Shown here: positions 17,291 through 26,669 of the stretch, piece after piece
Position numbering within the stretch: the first letter of the stretch is position 1
How the letters are laid out: each line of letters starts with the position of its first letter
Virus record (IMG/VR): IMGVR_UViG_3300037499_000265
Span: 32,001-96,000 of that record
Length of the DNA stretch: 64,000 bases
Strand: one strand, 5' to 3'
Source: a virus
The notes under the pieces: model-generated
Database searches by the model: none
Told to the model about the DNA's origin: nothing
Seen by the model: only the letters and a program-made list of their open reading frames with translations
Position numbers and translations under genes: made by a program

Positions 17291-17677
17291 TCACTCCACG
17301 CTGGACGACGACACCGAACCGCCATTGATAGCGGGCAACTTGGTCTCTGGAGTGACGACTTGGCGCAGTAGAAGTCCGATGACCGACACCCCGGTATAGA
17401 CGCCGGCCACCTGCGTGTCGGAGAACTCGAGTCCGAACTCGACAAGAAGGACCACCACGGCCTGGACCAGTCCCATGATCACCGCGTAGTTGAACGGTCG
17501 GACCGTGATGGCTAGGAACAGTGCGGACAGCCCAGCCACAACGGCGAGTACCGCGCCGGTCTGGGCTTCGGAGAAGGCGACCAGGTCGAAGGCGACGGCC
17601 AGTCCGAGCAGAGCCCCAACGGACTGTGTCAGGATGGTCGGCTCTCGCTTGAGCCAGTTGATGAAACGATCCCACAT
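17291..17677 (-). CDS. Holin
   Basis: About 4 TM helices with an internal duplication; lies in the lysis cassette; W.KREP motif. Confidence 0.7.
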   Translation of the reverse strand: MWDRFINWLKREPTILTQSVGALLGLAVAFDLVAFSEAQTGAVLAVVAGLSALFLAITVRPFNYAVIMGLVQAVVVLLVEFGLEFSDTQVAGVYTGVSVIGLLLRQVVTPETKLPAINGGSVSSSSVE

Positions 17678-17758
17678 GAGTCTCTCCTCGATTCGACAAA
17701 GAACGTCATGACGGTCCTGATACTAGCGACACTCATTCAATCTGTCGCTTACGACTGT

Positions 17759-18454
17759 TCACGACGCCTCGCTTTCAAGCGGTGCCGGACATACCAGGTA
17801 CGTCCCAGCCTCTAGACCGATCAATGTTGCTTGTGGCTCGGTCAAGGTCCACCTGACTGGGGGCGAGTCGTCAGGGCACGTCGGCCCAGGTGCTCCATTC
17901 TCGCCATCTTGACCATCATCACCGTCTTCACCAGCTGGTCCGGCCGGTCCAGTCTCGCCTTGTGGCCCAGCAGGACCAGTGATGGATTCACCGGCCGGGC
18001 CTGGCTCACCTTGTTCACCTTGCGCGCCAGTGATCGCTTCACCCAACGGTCCGGGTATGCCTTGTGGGCCAGTCTCGCCGGGTTCGCCAGCCGGTCCGGG
18101 TGGTCCTATCGGGCCAACAGGTCCCAGTGGTCCAATAGGTCCGCGTGGGCCTGGCTCACCCTGGTCGCCCTGCAGTACGACGACTTCACCGACGTCATCG
18201 GCTTGATCTTCGGGCTCCGGAACCTCGGGCTCCTGACCCAGTCCTTCGAGCTGGTTTCGGAGTGTCCGAACGTCTTCAGCGAGCAGTTCTCGTTCTGCTA
18301 CACTCTGGGCCGATCGCTCTGAAGCACGATCAGCTCTGCCAGACAGGTAGAGAAAGCTGACCAGATACAGGATGGCCAGTAGGACGATGGCGCTGCCGAC
18401 GATGATCTGAGGCAGCCATGGCCGCCAACGCGGCTCCTGAGCGTGCAGGGACAT
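17759..18454 (-). CDS. Membrane-anchored collagen-like protein (lysis cassette)
   Basis: TM helix, coiled coil, long Gly-X-Y run, two C-terminal Cys. Confidence 0.8.
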   Translation of the reverse strand: MSLHAQEPRWRPWLPQIIVGSAIVLLAILYLVSFLYLSGRADRASERSAQSVAERELLAEDVRTLRNQLEGLGQEPEVPEPEDQADDVGEVVVLQGDQGEPGPRGPIGPLGPVGPIGPPGPAGEPGETGPQGIPGPLGEAITGAQGEQGEPGPAGESITGPAGPQGETGPAGPAGEDGDDGQDGENGAPGPTCPDDSPPVRWTLTEPQATLIGLEAGTYLVCPAPLESEAS

Positions 18455-18865
18455 CTACCCACCCCTGACTAAGGTGATGACCAGTCCAACGATAGCGATG
18501 ACCGCCAGGATGCCGGGAATGAGCACGGCAGTGATCACCCAGCGCTGGCTGTCTTTCAGTTCTTTGATCGAAGCAGTGAGGTCCTTCGACATGTCTTTGA
18601 TCTCGGACTTGGAAGCCGTGCGGTTGGCGCTGACGGTTGCACTCAGGTCCGTGATGTCCTTTTCGATCTCTCGTTTGACATCGCCGAGATCTTTGGAGAA
18701 TCGAGCTAGTTGCTCGTCCATCCGGCGCTCGGACGCGGCATGGACCTGTGCGGGGACGAAGCTGTCCAGACGCTTGTTCATCTCACCGAACTGGCTGGAC
18801 ACCTGCTGGGAGAGAGACCGGATGAGGCGGCCCAACTCGCCTAGGCTCTCCGGCTCGTCCGCCAT
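18455..18865 (-). CDS. Coiled-coil protein with C-terminal TM helix (lysis accessory)
   Basis: GAGAGGGG RBS; heptads followed by a hydrophobic helix. Confidence 0.7.
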   Translation of the reverse strand: MADEPESLGELGRLIRSLSQQVSSQFGEMNKRLDSFVPAQVHAASERRMDEQLARFSKDLGDVKREIEKDITDLSATVSANRTASKSEIKDMSKDLTASIKELKDSQRWVITAVLIPGILAVIAIVGLVITLVRGG

Positions 18866-18969
18866 ACCGTCCCCTCTCGTCACCCGGTCACTAAGAGCAT
18901 GATCCCGTGTAACGACACGACAAAACAACTCAGAACGCAGTGTTGGGTACCCGCGAACGGTCAGTGCCG

Positions 18970-19140
18970 TCATAGCGACGACGATAGCCGTTGCCGCTGG
19001 GGTGAAGGAACCCCCTCACTGAAACGAGACCCTGCGAGATGTACTCGATGCCACAGCATTGCAAACACACGGATCGCGATCCCCGCCAAAGCGAATGCCA
19101 ACAAATCCAAGATCTCACCGGAGACGGCAAGCAGGCTCAC
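18970..19140 (-). CDS. Small 56-aa membrane protein (below the ORF-track cutoff)
   Basis: GTG at 19140 just after the endolysin stop; MSLLAVSGEILDLLAFALAGIAIRVFAMLW hydrophobic helix. Confidence 0.4.
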   Translation of the reverse strand: MSLLAVSGEILDLLAFALAGIAIRVFAMLWHRVHLAGSRFSEGVPSPQRQRLSSSL

Positions 19141-19143
19141 TTC

Positions 19144-20316
19144 TCAGCTCTCGCCAACGCCTTCGCGGAGCACCTCGCGGAACGCCTCCGCTATCGACTC
19201 CTTGTCCGCCGGCACACCCTCGGCCTGAACCCGTTCAAGAAATCGGTCGGCTACCTGATCGCCAAACTCGGCGCCCTCGGCTCGAACGGCAGCCGCGACT
19301 GCTGTTGTGATCTCAGCGACCTGCTCGGTACTTATCCCGTCAACTTTGGCGATGGCCTGCACGATGGCGAGCATCTGGCGGATGATCGTGCCGTACTGCA
19401 GATTCAGGGTCGGGTTGACCCGATTCCAGGTGTCCTGGGCCTGTCGTTGTCGACCGATCGGTGACGCCGCCGTCGCAGCGTAAGCGGCAAGATAGAACGG
19501 CGATGTGTTCCACGACGTAGTACCGTCCGCCTTCTTGGGCAAGGTGTCCTCGACCAGCCCGCTCACCGACAACTGATTCTTGAACTCCTCGCGGAATACC
19601 TTCCTGAGCATCGCTTCATCGGCCATGTCAAACCAACTCTCTTGTGGTGGTAACGGTGTCGGTCCAAGACCTTTGTCGATGTAGTGATGGATCTTGGTGT
19701 GGAGTAGGCCCATCTTGGCCCACATCTGGTTCGCCGGACAGCTCTTCGCGCTGACGCAACGATGACCGTGCAGGTTGTGCGCTGCGGCGAGTGTGATGAA
19801 CCCGGCCCGGTAGTCGGTGACGATCGCCCTGGCCATCAGGTCGACCATCGCGTCCGGCACGGAGTGGCCGACGTTCTGGCAGATCACGTACGACCGGGCG
19901 TTGTAGTTGAGGTTCCAGTTCCGATTCGGCGCGGTGATGGACGTGCCGCGACCGGGGCAGCCGGTGGTCGAACAGTCCGAACGCTTGAAGTCGTTCACCG
20001 TGTGCGCGCCGCGGCGCCCGATGGGCTGACCCTCTCGAACCACGGTGGATCCGGCCATGAACAACCGGTTGTAGCTGATACCGGTGTTCGGGAACCGGCT
20101 GATTCCGATGGCCTCGACGGCTTGAGCGTGCCGGTCGTAGCTCGAGTAGTTGCTCGGGTTGGTGATGGTGATGTGGATGAAGATCCGAGTGGCCGGCTCA
20201 TCTACCGGATTGGAATCGGTGTAGCTACGCTTCGCGCCCCACTCGTTCCGGGTCCGCATCGTCGGATGGCCAGAGACCGCGTTCCACTTGGTGCGCTCCT
20301 GCGCGATGGTGGTCAC
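19144..20316 (-). CDS. Endolysin, N-acetylmuramoyl-L-alanine amidase (Amidase_2-like)
   Basis: R..WGA, IFIHIT, GISYN, GAHT and GHR....KSCP Zn-amidase motifs. Confidence 0.88.
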   Translation of the reverse strand: MTTIAQERTKWNAVSGHPTMRTRNEWGAKRSYTDSNPVDEPATRIFIHITITNPSNYSSYDRHAQAVEAIGISRFPNTGISYNRLFMAGSTVVREGQPIGRRGAHTVNDFKRSDCSTTGCPGRGTSITAPNRNWNLNYNARSYVICQNVGHSVPDAMVDLMARAIVTDYRAGFITLAAAHNLHGHRCVSAKSCPANQMWAKMGLLHTKIHHYIDKGLGPTPLPPQESWFDMADEAMLRKVFREEFKNQLSVSGLVEDTLPKKADGTTSWNTSPFYLAAYAATAASPIGRQRQAQDTWNRVNPTLNLQYGTIIRQMLAIVQAIAKVDGISTEQVAEITTAVAAAVRAEGAEFGDQVADRFLERVQAEGVPADKESIAEAFREVLREGVGES

Positions 20317-20546
20317 AGCTTCCGCCACTCTCCGGGCGCGTCCTCGACCCAGCCGGACACCGACTCGACGTGGCCTTCCATAGTCAGCTGGTTGAACTCT
20401 GCCACGACAAGGTCGCCTTCTGGGTGACCGTAGGGGCGAAGCACGGCGAGCGGAGCCTCATTCTCATGTCCCGGGGAGATGTCGACAACGACTCGTCGTT
20501 CTCCCTGGCAGGTCACGATGTCACCAGGTACCGGATCCTTCGGCAT
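20313..20546 (-). CDS. Hypothetical protein (probably leaderless)
   Basis: ATG lies 6 nt downstream of a TACTAT -10. Confidence 0.6.
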   Translation of the reverse strand: MPKDPVPGDIVTCQGERRVVVDISPGHENEAPLAVLRPYGHPEGDLVVAEFNQLTMEGHVESVSGWVEDAPGEWRKL

Positions 20547-20552
20547 AGCCCG

Positions 20553-20581
20553 ATAGTATCCGGACCCGCAGGCGATGGCTA
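20553..20581 (-). promoter_or_regulatory. Leftward promoter for the lysis cassette
   Basis: TAGCCA-17 nt-TACTAT on the minus strand. Confidence 0.5.
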
Positions 20582-20582
20582 C

Positions 20583-20828
20583 TCAGACGGTTTGGGTATG
20601 ACTGGGCCGATCTCCAGATGCGTCCCTGACCCAGACCTTGACTGTCCGACCCTGGGACGGAAAGTAAGCCACGATCGTCCGGACCGGCCTCTTCCCGGTG
20701 CGGTTGATGTCCCGGAAGGCAGGCTTCCACGTCGACGGCCTGGCCTGGTCGGTGATGCCGAGATAGATCGTGCTCAGGTTGGCCGAGTCGTGCTGGTACG
20801 GGACCTCGACTTTGATGGTGGCCATCAC
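20583..20828 (-). CDS. Small virion-associated hypothetical protein
   Basis: GGAGGTG RBS. Confidence 0.6.
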   Translation of the reverse strand: MMATIKVEVPYQHDSANLSTIYLGITDQARPSTWKPAFRDINRTGKRPVRTIVAYFPSQGRTVKVWVRDASGDRPSHTQTV

Positions 20829-20930
20829 TGCACCTCCCCGTCGTCACCGTTGGGACGAGTATAGTCATTGAGAAGCCCCCGCGCCCGCAGGCACGGGCCG
20901 GAGGCATGGCCGACTGGTGAAGGAGTCGAC

Positions 20931-21575
20931 ATGGCCCAGCGTACCTGCCTCGTCGAAGGTTGCGATCGCCCGTATCACACGAGACGAGTATGTTTCGCTC
21001 ACTACGTCCAAGCTAGGTCTGAAGGCCGTCTAGCTAGCTTTACCGTCGATTGTTCAATTGACCAGTGCGATCTTCCTCGTCATGCGCAAGGTCTGTGTCG
21101 CTCCCACTACATGAAGGAGTGGCGACTAGGCAACGATCTTTACCGTCCTCTTGCTCCTGTTGAAGATCGGTTCTGGACCTACGTCCATATCATTCATCCG
21201 TTCGGATGCTGGTGGTGGACCGGTGCGACAGCCAACCGAGGTTACAGCTCGTTTCGCTATGAGGGACGAAGCCAGCCTGCTCACCGGGTCGCCTGGAAGC
21301 TCTTGGTCGGACCGATCCCTGATGGGATGGAACTAGACCATCGTTGCCGGAACGTCTTGTGCGTCAACCCTGATCACATGAGGGTGGTAACTCACAAGGT
21401 CAACTCGCTGGCTGGATACGCCCCTCCTGCCATGAATGCTCGGAAGACTCACTGTATCCGTGGCCACGAGTTCACTCCCGAGAACACCGGCAAGACTCGG
21501 AACGGACGTCGCTGCCCGACCTGTCATCGTGAACGCGAGCGTGAACGACAACGACATAAGAGATTGTCCGATTAA
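20931..21575 (+). CDS. HNH homing endonuclease with Zn-finger repeats, inserted antisense
   Basis: RFW..V....CWWWTG, AHRVAW, LDHRCRN..CVNPDH and KTHC.RGH. Confidence 0.9.
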   Translation: MAQRTCLVEGCDRPYHTRRVCFAHYVQARSEGRLASFTVDCSIDQCDLPRHAQGLCRSHYMKEWRLGNDLYRPLAPVEDRFWTYVHIIHPFGCWWWTGATANRGYSSFRYEGRSQPAHRVAWKLLVGPIPDGMELDHRCRNVLCVNPDHMRVVTHKVNSLAGYAPPAMNARKTHCIRGHEFTPENTGKTRNGRRCPTCHRERERERQRHKRLSD

Positions 21576-21581
21576 GCTCTT

Positions 21582-21923
21582 TTATTGTACTTCGAGCATT
21601 TCTGGGGCTATTCTTACGGGTCGTTCCACCGTGTCCGTTAGGCGGATCCACGGCTGGTAGGTGTCAGGTCCGGCGAGCACGACCGTGCCGCCGCCGAATG
21701 ATCCGATGAGGATGGCGACGAAGAAGTCGCCGGTCACGCCGGAGGCCTGTGCGTCGTTCCAGAGCGGGGACTGGTCGTCCTCGACCAGGACAGCGGGCTC
21801 CCACTCGGTGGTAGGACGAACGCCGGCGTCCAGGAAGGCGACCTCCTGGTCCGTGGCGGGCGGATCACCGGTTATTCCGAAGAATACGTATTCAGTTGTC
21901 TCGCGCTGAATGACCAGAGTCAT
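21582..21923 (-). CDS. Virion structural protein (tail-associated Ig-like)
   Basis: Position in tail cluster; I.RETTEYV and Y..W.RLTD..E.PV pattern. Confidence 0.6.
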   Translation of the reverse strand: MTLVIQRETTEYVFFGITGDPPATDQEVAFLDAGVRPTTEWEPAVLVEDDQSPLWNDAQASGVTGDFFVAILIGSFGGGTVVLAGPDTYQPWIRLTDTVERPVRIAPEMLEVQ

Positions 21924-21940
21924 GACGTTATGTCCTTTCT

Positions 21941-23596
21941 TTACTCCGGTCCGACCTTCGGCCCGGTAACCAACCGGCGATAACGTGGCCCAGTCATAAC
22001 CCTGCGCACCCCGACTCCGGTCGCCTCCGGTGTGTCCTTGCTACCGGCGCCTGTGACCACAATAGTGCTACCAGCACTCCCGACGTCTTGAACGTCGATG
22101 GTCACTCGACCGGGTCCGATCACGATCCGATGACCTCGAGGACCGAAGATATCCCGAGAGACTGCCAGGCCGTTCACGACCGGTTGCGCTTTGGCGGCGA
22201 TACCGGTGATGTCGACACCGGTGATGATGGCCGCCTCGGTGATCGGGCTAGCCGTGGTGACGTTCTCGTCCGGTGCGGACAGCCGGAGCCCGCTCGGCCG
22301 GTCCAGGTGAACGGCATCGAGAGTGACCACTCCGGCCGGACCGGACAGCCGGATCCCGTTCGGCGTGTCGGTGACGAGGGTGGCTGGGAACGCCTCTGTG
22401 GTGACAATCTCCGACGGGCCGGACAGGCGAACCCCGGTCGGAATGTCGAACCTGACGGTCCCGATCGTGAGCGCCTGTGACGGTCCGGACAGTCGAACGC
22501 CTGACGGATTGTCGTTCAACGTCATGTCGCCCGGCAGCGCGGTGGTGACGGTCTCTGTCGGCCCGTTGAGTCTTACTCCGGTCGGAGTGTCGGTGAGAAC
22601 GACGTCGATCGCTGTCGTCCCTGCCGGGCCGCCGAGGCGGACACCGGTCGGGAAGTCTTCCAGCGTGAAAGATACGACGACGTCCAGCGCCGTCACTCCG
22701 GACAGGCGCAGACCGGTCGGAGTGTCATTGATCACTGTGGCCGGCGCGGCGTCGGTCGTGACGGTCTCAGTCGGTCCACCAAGGCGTAGGCCGACCGCCT
22801 TGTCGTCGATGTCCGTCTCGATGATGATCTCGACATTGCTCACGCCTGCCATACGCAGGCCGGTCGGGGTGTCGTCGATCGCCACCGGGTCACCGCCGGC
22901 GGCGGCGAAGCTGAACCCTGGCGGGTCGTCGTCGGTGACTACGGCAGTGCCGCTGCGAGATACCTCGTCTGCTCCACCCCCGGTCTCATCCTCAACCAGA
23001 TCAGTGACTGCCGCCTGATTGAACAACTGGAGCATGTCTGGTGACTCGGCCAGCCAGTTCGCTGCCGAAACTTCGAGACCAGCCGCCTCAAGAGCAGCAT
23101 CGCCGGTGGCATCGGTCGACCAGGGGATCGAGTTCCATCCAGCTCGTATAGCGACCAAACCGTCGTAATGGTCGAAACTCTGCCAGCGAAACCGGATGCC
23201 CCCACCTGCCGCCGTGGGCCAGTCAGCGATCGACACCGTTCCAGCGGTATGTGTCCACGTCTCGGCAGTGAAATCATAAAGCGAGAAACGAGCCACCGAC
23301 GAACCAGCAGGCTTGCGGACAACTACCAACGCCCAGTCGGCGGTGTTGGCCCAGGTGATAGCCGAATCGGAGTCAGGACCGGTGCTCTGCCAGATGTGCA
23401 ACTGATCGGTGCCGCCGTTGAAGGCGAACTGATTGACCGGGTCACCGCTCGAATTGTGCGTGGCGAGGATGGTGTGCCAGGTACCGGTAGCGGCCCGCTT
23501 GACGATGGCAGCAAACGTTCCCGACGTACCCGACCCCAGCGTTCCAACTGCTGTGATCAGGTCGTCGGAAGACCCATTAAGCTGACGGACCGTCAC
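21941..23596 (-). CDS. Minor tail protein: LamG-like N-domain plus 9 D-x-P-T-G-L-R-L-x-G-P repeats
   Basis: Beta-sandwich-like N-terminus; repeats counted in the translation. Confidence 0.75.
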   Translation of the reverse strand: MTVRQLNGSSDDLITAVGTLGSGTSGTFAAIVKRAATGTWHTILATHNSSGDPVNQFAFNGGTDQLHIWQSTGPDSDSAITWANTADWALVVVRKPAGSSVARFSLYDFTAETWTHTAGTVSIADWPTAAGGGIRFRWQSFDHYDGLVAIRAGWNSIPWSTDATGDAALEAAGLEVSAANWLAESPDMLQLFNQAAVTDLVEDETGGGADEVSRSGTAVVTDDDPPGFSFAAAGGDPVAIDDTPTGLRMAGVSNVEIIIETDIDDKAVGLRLGGPTETVTTDAAPATVINDTPTGLRLSGVTALDVVVSFTLEDFPTGVRLGGPAGTTAIDVVLTDTPTGVRLNGPTETVTTALPGDMTLNDNPSGVRLSGPSQALTIGTVRFDIPTGVRLSGPSEIVTTEAFPATLVTDTPNGIRLSGPAGVVTLDAVHLDRPSGLRLSAPDENVTTASPITEAAIITGVDITGIAAKAQPVVNGLAVSRDIFGPRGHRIVIGPGRVTIDVQDVGSAGSTIVVTGAGSKDTPEATGVGVRRVMTGPRYRRLVTGPKVGPE

Positions 23597-23613
23597 CTAC
23601 AACCTCTTTCCTG

Positions 23614-23883
23614 TCAGTCCTTCAGGAGTACGAACGTCCATACCATGGTGGTGTCGTCTATTCCGTCATGCTGGACGATTCCGATAAATCGAGGTCCTTC
23701 CGAACTAGGAGTAATACTCGCTGCGATCATTCGAACATCAGGATTACTGAAACTGGTATATCCCCAACTAATAAGGGTATATCCCTCCGGTGCGTGGAAC
23801 TCGTACTCCGATTCCTGACCCGCAGGAATAGGGAACTTCTGATGGATATAATCAAACTCTAAGACACAACGGACATCAGGCAT
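23614..23883 (-). CDS. Small hypothetical protein, visibly AT-richer than its neighbours
   Basis: GGAAGGAAG RBS; 89 aa. Confidence 0.5.
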   Translation of the reverse strand: MPDVRCVLEFDYIHQKFPIPAGQESEYEFHAPEGYTLISWGYTSFSNPDVRMIAASITPSSEGPRFIGIVQHDGIDDTTMVWTFVLLKD

Positions 23884-23895
23884 TTTTCTTCCTTC

Positions 23896-25260
23896 CTATG
23901 TTACTTGCAAAACGAGGATCCAGGCATCCTCACCCAAAGAGTTCGTGCCGGGCGTGGTGTAGTTCGCCCCTACCGTCTCCGGCGTCGTCGAGCCGTCCAC
24001 CGGGTCGATCCATCGGGCCGTATAGCTTCCGACGAGTTCGGTGTCGTCGACGGTGATGGTCGTCGAGACCGGGAAGTAGATGACCGCCAAGTCGCCGGCC
24101 GCGTTGACCGCGCCGGTGACATAGTCGTCCTGGGAGTCGGAGGCGTTGTACTCCCCGCCACCGCCGCCAGATCCGCTCACGTAGTCGCCCTGGGTCCCGC
24201 GGCCGGCGGTGAGTAGGGAATCGTCGGTGTCGGGGACCAGCAGATGCCAGCCGGACAACGCGGCGAAGGTGTCCCAGACGGTCGGCTGGTCAGAGTTGGA
24301 GAAGATCTCCGACGTCAGGTTGGTCAATGCACTGGACGCCCACGCCCACGTTCCCTCGGAACCGTAGATGCTGCCTCGCGCGCCCGACGAGAGAGCCCAC
24401 CACACCAAGTCCCGCATGACCTTGCGGTCGGGAGCGCTGTTCTGGTCGAAGTGACCGTCGCCCCAGACCACCAACAGCGGGGACGCCTCGCCGTAGGCGT
24501 AGTTGATGCCGCGATAGATGACGTTATAGGAGTAGACGAAGTTGAAGTCCGCGTTGTCGTTCCCAGTGTCCTGGAGGCCGTCGTTCTCTAGGTCCCGGCG
24601 AGAAGTGGTCTCCGGATAGTTCTGCACACCGAACAGGTGGGTGTCGCCCTCGGCACGGATGGCCGTCAGCACCGCCGTCAGCCCGGTGTTGAACGTGTCG
24701 AAGTAGTCGCCGCCCACCATCCACACCAGATTCGACCGGTCCTTGTAGCGGGCGGCCAGTGAGGTTCCGTAGTCGGTGAAGTCTCCGGTGGTGAAGCCGG
24801 ACAAGACTCCGATATCAAGGTCGGTGGAATAGGCGACGTTGAAGAACACGGTGATGCCTGCGGCCTCGCACAGATCGAACAGGTAGTCCGACCGCTCCCA
24901 GAACTCGCCATTGAACGCTGCCGGGTCGCCACCGGTGAACGGCGACACGCCGTCCCAGGTGTCCCCGTTGTCGAACGCGCCGCCGTTCTGCTGGTTGCCC
25001 AGCGGCTCGGTGTACAGCACGTTGACACCGAGGGACTCGAGACCGCTGACCGCGCCTTCGAGATCGGACTCCCACGTTCCGCCCCAGCGGCCGGCGTTCA
25101 TCAGCAGGCCCCACAGCACATAGCCTCGGACGAGAATCGGGTTGTTGTGCTGGTCGACAAAGTGCTGCTCGGTTCCGGACCCACTGATCAATGTGACGAA
25201 TGACGAGTCTAGAACTGTGCGGACTGACCGGATGATCTCGATGTGCAGTTCGTCAGCCAT
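23896..25260 (-). CDS. Glycoside hydrolase-like tail protein (DUF4038/apiosidase-like TIM barrel plus C-terminal beta domain)
   Basis: NLVWMVGGD, Y.YG..WAW and ARWIDP.DG...D.WILVL motifs; GAGGAGG RBS. Confidence 0.75.
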   Translation of the reverse strand: MADELHIEIIRSVRTVLDSSFVTLISGSGTEQHFVDQHNNPILVRGYVLWGLLMNAGRWGGTWESDLEGAVSGLESLGVNVLYTEPLGNQQNGGAFDNGDTWDGVSPFTGGDPAAFNGEFWERSDYLFDLCEAAGITVFFNVAYSTDLDIGVLSGFTTGDFTDYGTSLAARYKDRSNLVWMVGGDYFDTFNTGLTAVLTAIRAEGDTHLFGVQNYPETTSRRDLENDGLQDTGNDNADFNFVYSYNVIYRGINYAYGEASPLLVVWGDGHFDQNSAPDRKVMRDLVWWALSSGARGSIYGSEGTWAWASSALTNLTSEIFSNSDQPTVWDTFAALSGWHLLVPDTDDSLLTAGRGTQGDYVSGSGGGGGEYNASDSQDDYVTGAVNAAGDLAVIYFPVSTTITVDDTELVGSYTARWIDPVDGSTTPETVGANYTTPGTNSLGEDAWILVLQVT

Positions 25261-26378
25261 CATCCTCCTCCCGGCGGTGTCCACCACGGCGCTGCGCCAT
25301 GACGTCTCTGAATTATCACCCGATCACGTGTGTGCATCACAGCCGTCGCGATGATTTCCTCCCAGCTGTCCGGAACGGCCCAGAGACGAAGAGCGGTCGG
25401 AGTGTCGGTGATGTCCATCGGCAGGGTGGCTGCGGTCTGAACAGTCTCGACCGGACCGCCGAGACGCACGCTGTTCGGCGCGTCGACCAGCACCAGATCC
25501 GGGACCACTTCGACGCCCGGACCGTCCAGGCGTAGCCCGGTCGGAACGTCGAACAGATCGACACCGATATCCAACGACCCCGATGGCCCGAACAGGCGCA
25601 GTCCGGTCGGGAAGTCGTCCAGATCGACACCGATGTCCAACGACCCCAACGGCCCGAACAAGCGCAGTCCGGTCGGAACGTCGAACAGATCGACCGGCTC
25701 CGTGACGGGCTCGGCTGCGGTGACGGTCTCGGTCGGCCCGGTCAGTCGGGACCCGGAGGACGTATCGACAAGAACGACATCCACGACCAGCGACTCGACC
25801 GGACCTGACAGCCGGATCCCGGTCGGGGTGTCGGTAACCTCTGTCGGCGAGGGAGCGCCCGCCGTGTACTCGCCGGTCAGCTGTAGAGCGGTGACTCGTT
25901 CTTCAACTGAGTCACCGCCCTTGTTGCGAGTGATACCGAACCGCAGTCGTAACAGTGCGCCATCCCAGATGGCCTTGGCGTCGTCGGTATCGACTCCGGT
26001 GAACTGGAGGACAGCCGAGGTCGACGGCGTGTGCGCGATGTTGGACGCAATGGTCCGCTCGTTCGTCAGCGGTGTGGTCAGGTCGGATCGTAGAATTTGA
26101 ACGGTAAGGGAGTCCCAGGTGTTGTTACCAGGTGCCGCGCCCAGCCCGTACCGTATCTGAACGAACAAGGTGTCCATCGACCCGAAGTCGGCGGGCGTGT
26201 TGCCGAGCGAGAAGACGGCAGTCCCGGTGTGCGTACTGTTCTCGGTGTCGTGAACGTTGGTGCCGTCGTTAGCTCCGGCAATCGACTGGAGCACGGGCTC
26301 GGTGCCGGTGAAGTCCGTGAACTCTGCCTCGCCAGCCACGAAGTTGCCAGCGGTGATGGTCGGTAGGTCAGCCATCAC
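25260..26378 (-). CDS. Minor tail protein with 7 D-x-P-T-G-L-R-L-x-G-P repeats
   Basis: Includes a near-exact 66-nt tandem duplication at about 25555-25686. Confidence 0.75.
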   Translation of the reverse strand: MMADLPTITAGNFVAGEAEFTDFTGTEPVLQSIAGANDGTNVHDTENSTHTGTAVFSLGNTPADFGSMDTLFVQIRYGLGAAPGNNTWDSLTVQILRSDLTTPLTNERTIASNIAHTPSTSAVLQFTGVDTDDAKAIWDGALLRLRFGITRNKGGDSVEERVTALQLTGEYTAGAPSPTEVTDTPTGIRLSGPVESLVVDVVLVDTSSGSRLTGPTETVTAAEPVTEPVDLFDVPTGLRLFGPLGSLDIGVDLDDFPTGLRLFGPSGSLDIGVDLFDVPTGLRLDGPGVEVVPDLVLVDAPNSVRLGGPVETVQTAATLPMDITDTPTALRLWAVPDSWEEIIATAVMHTRDRVIIQRRHGAAPWWTPPGGG

Positions 26379-26640
26379 CGATCACCTCACACACAACGCA
26401 TGTCTCTCCGGCCGGCGGCCAGTCACCACAGTTCAGCGACGGGTTGAACCGCTGCCAGAATGGACGTACGTGCTCCAGATAGCGAGAATCGGCATGAACC
26501 TTGTCCCACGAACCGAGTTCGCGGCGCAGGCCGCACACCCAGTGACGACCCTGTACGGTGTCGATCTCGAGGAACCGGCAGATCTCGCCGTCCACCCAGC
26601 AGCAGTGGTCGCCGACAGTGAGGCCAGAGCACAAGGCCAT
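26368..26640 (-). CDS. Small Cys-rich protein (8 Cys)
   Basis: C..HCC...C, C..C..C.VC; AAGGAGG RBS. Confidence 0.65.
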   Translation of the reverse strand: MALCSGLTVGDHCCWVDGEICRFLEIDTVQGRHWVCGLRRELGSWDKVHADSRYLEHVRPFWQRFNPSLNCGDWPPAGETCVVCEVIGDG

Positions 26641-26669
26641 GGCGCACCTCCTTCGGAGCGAGTCGAGGA

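Noticed and set aside
17690-17726. Promoter at CTGATACTAG
   Set aside because: The -10 lacks the final T, -35 spacing is wrong, and it would point antisense into the lysis genes
25555-25686. Diversity-generating retroelement TR/VR pair
   Set aside because: It is an in-frame 66-nt tandem protein repeat; differences are not adenine-specific and there is no reverse transcriptase
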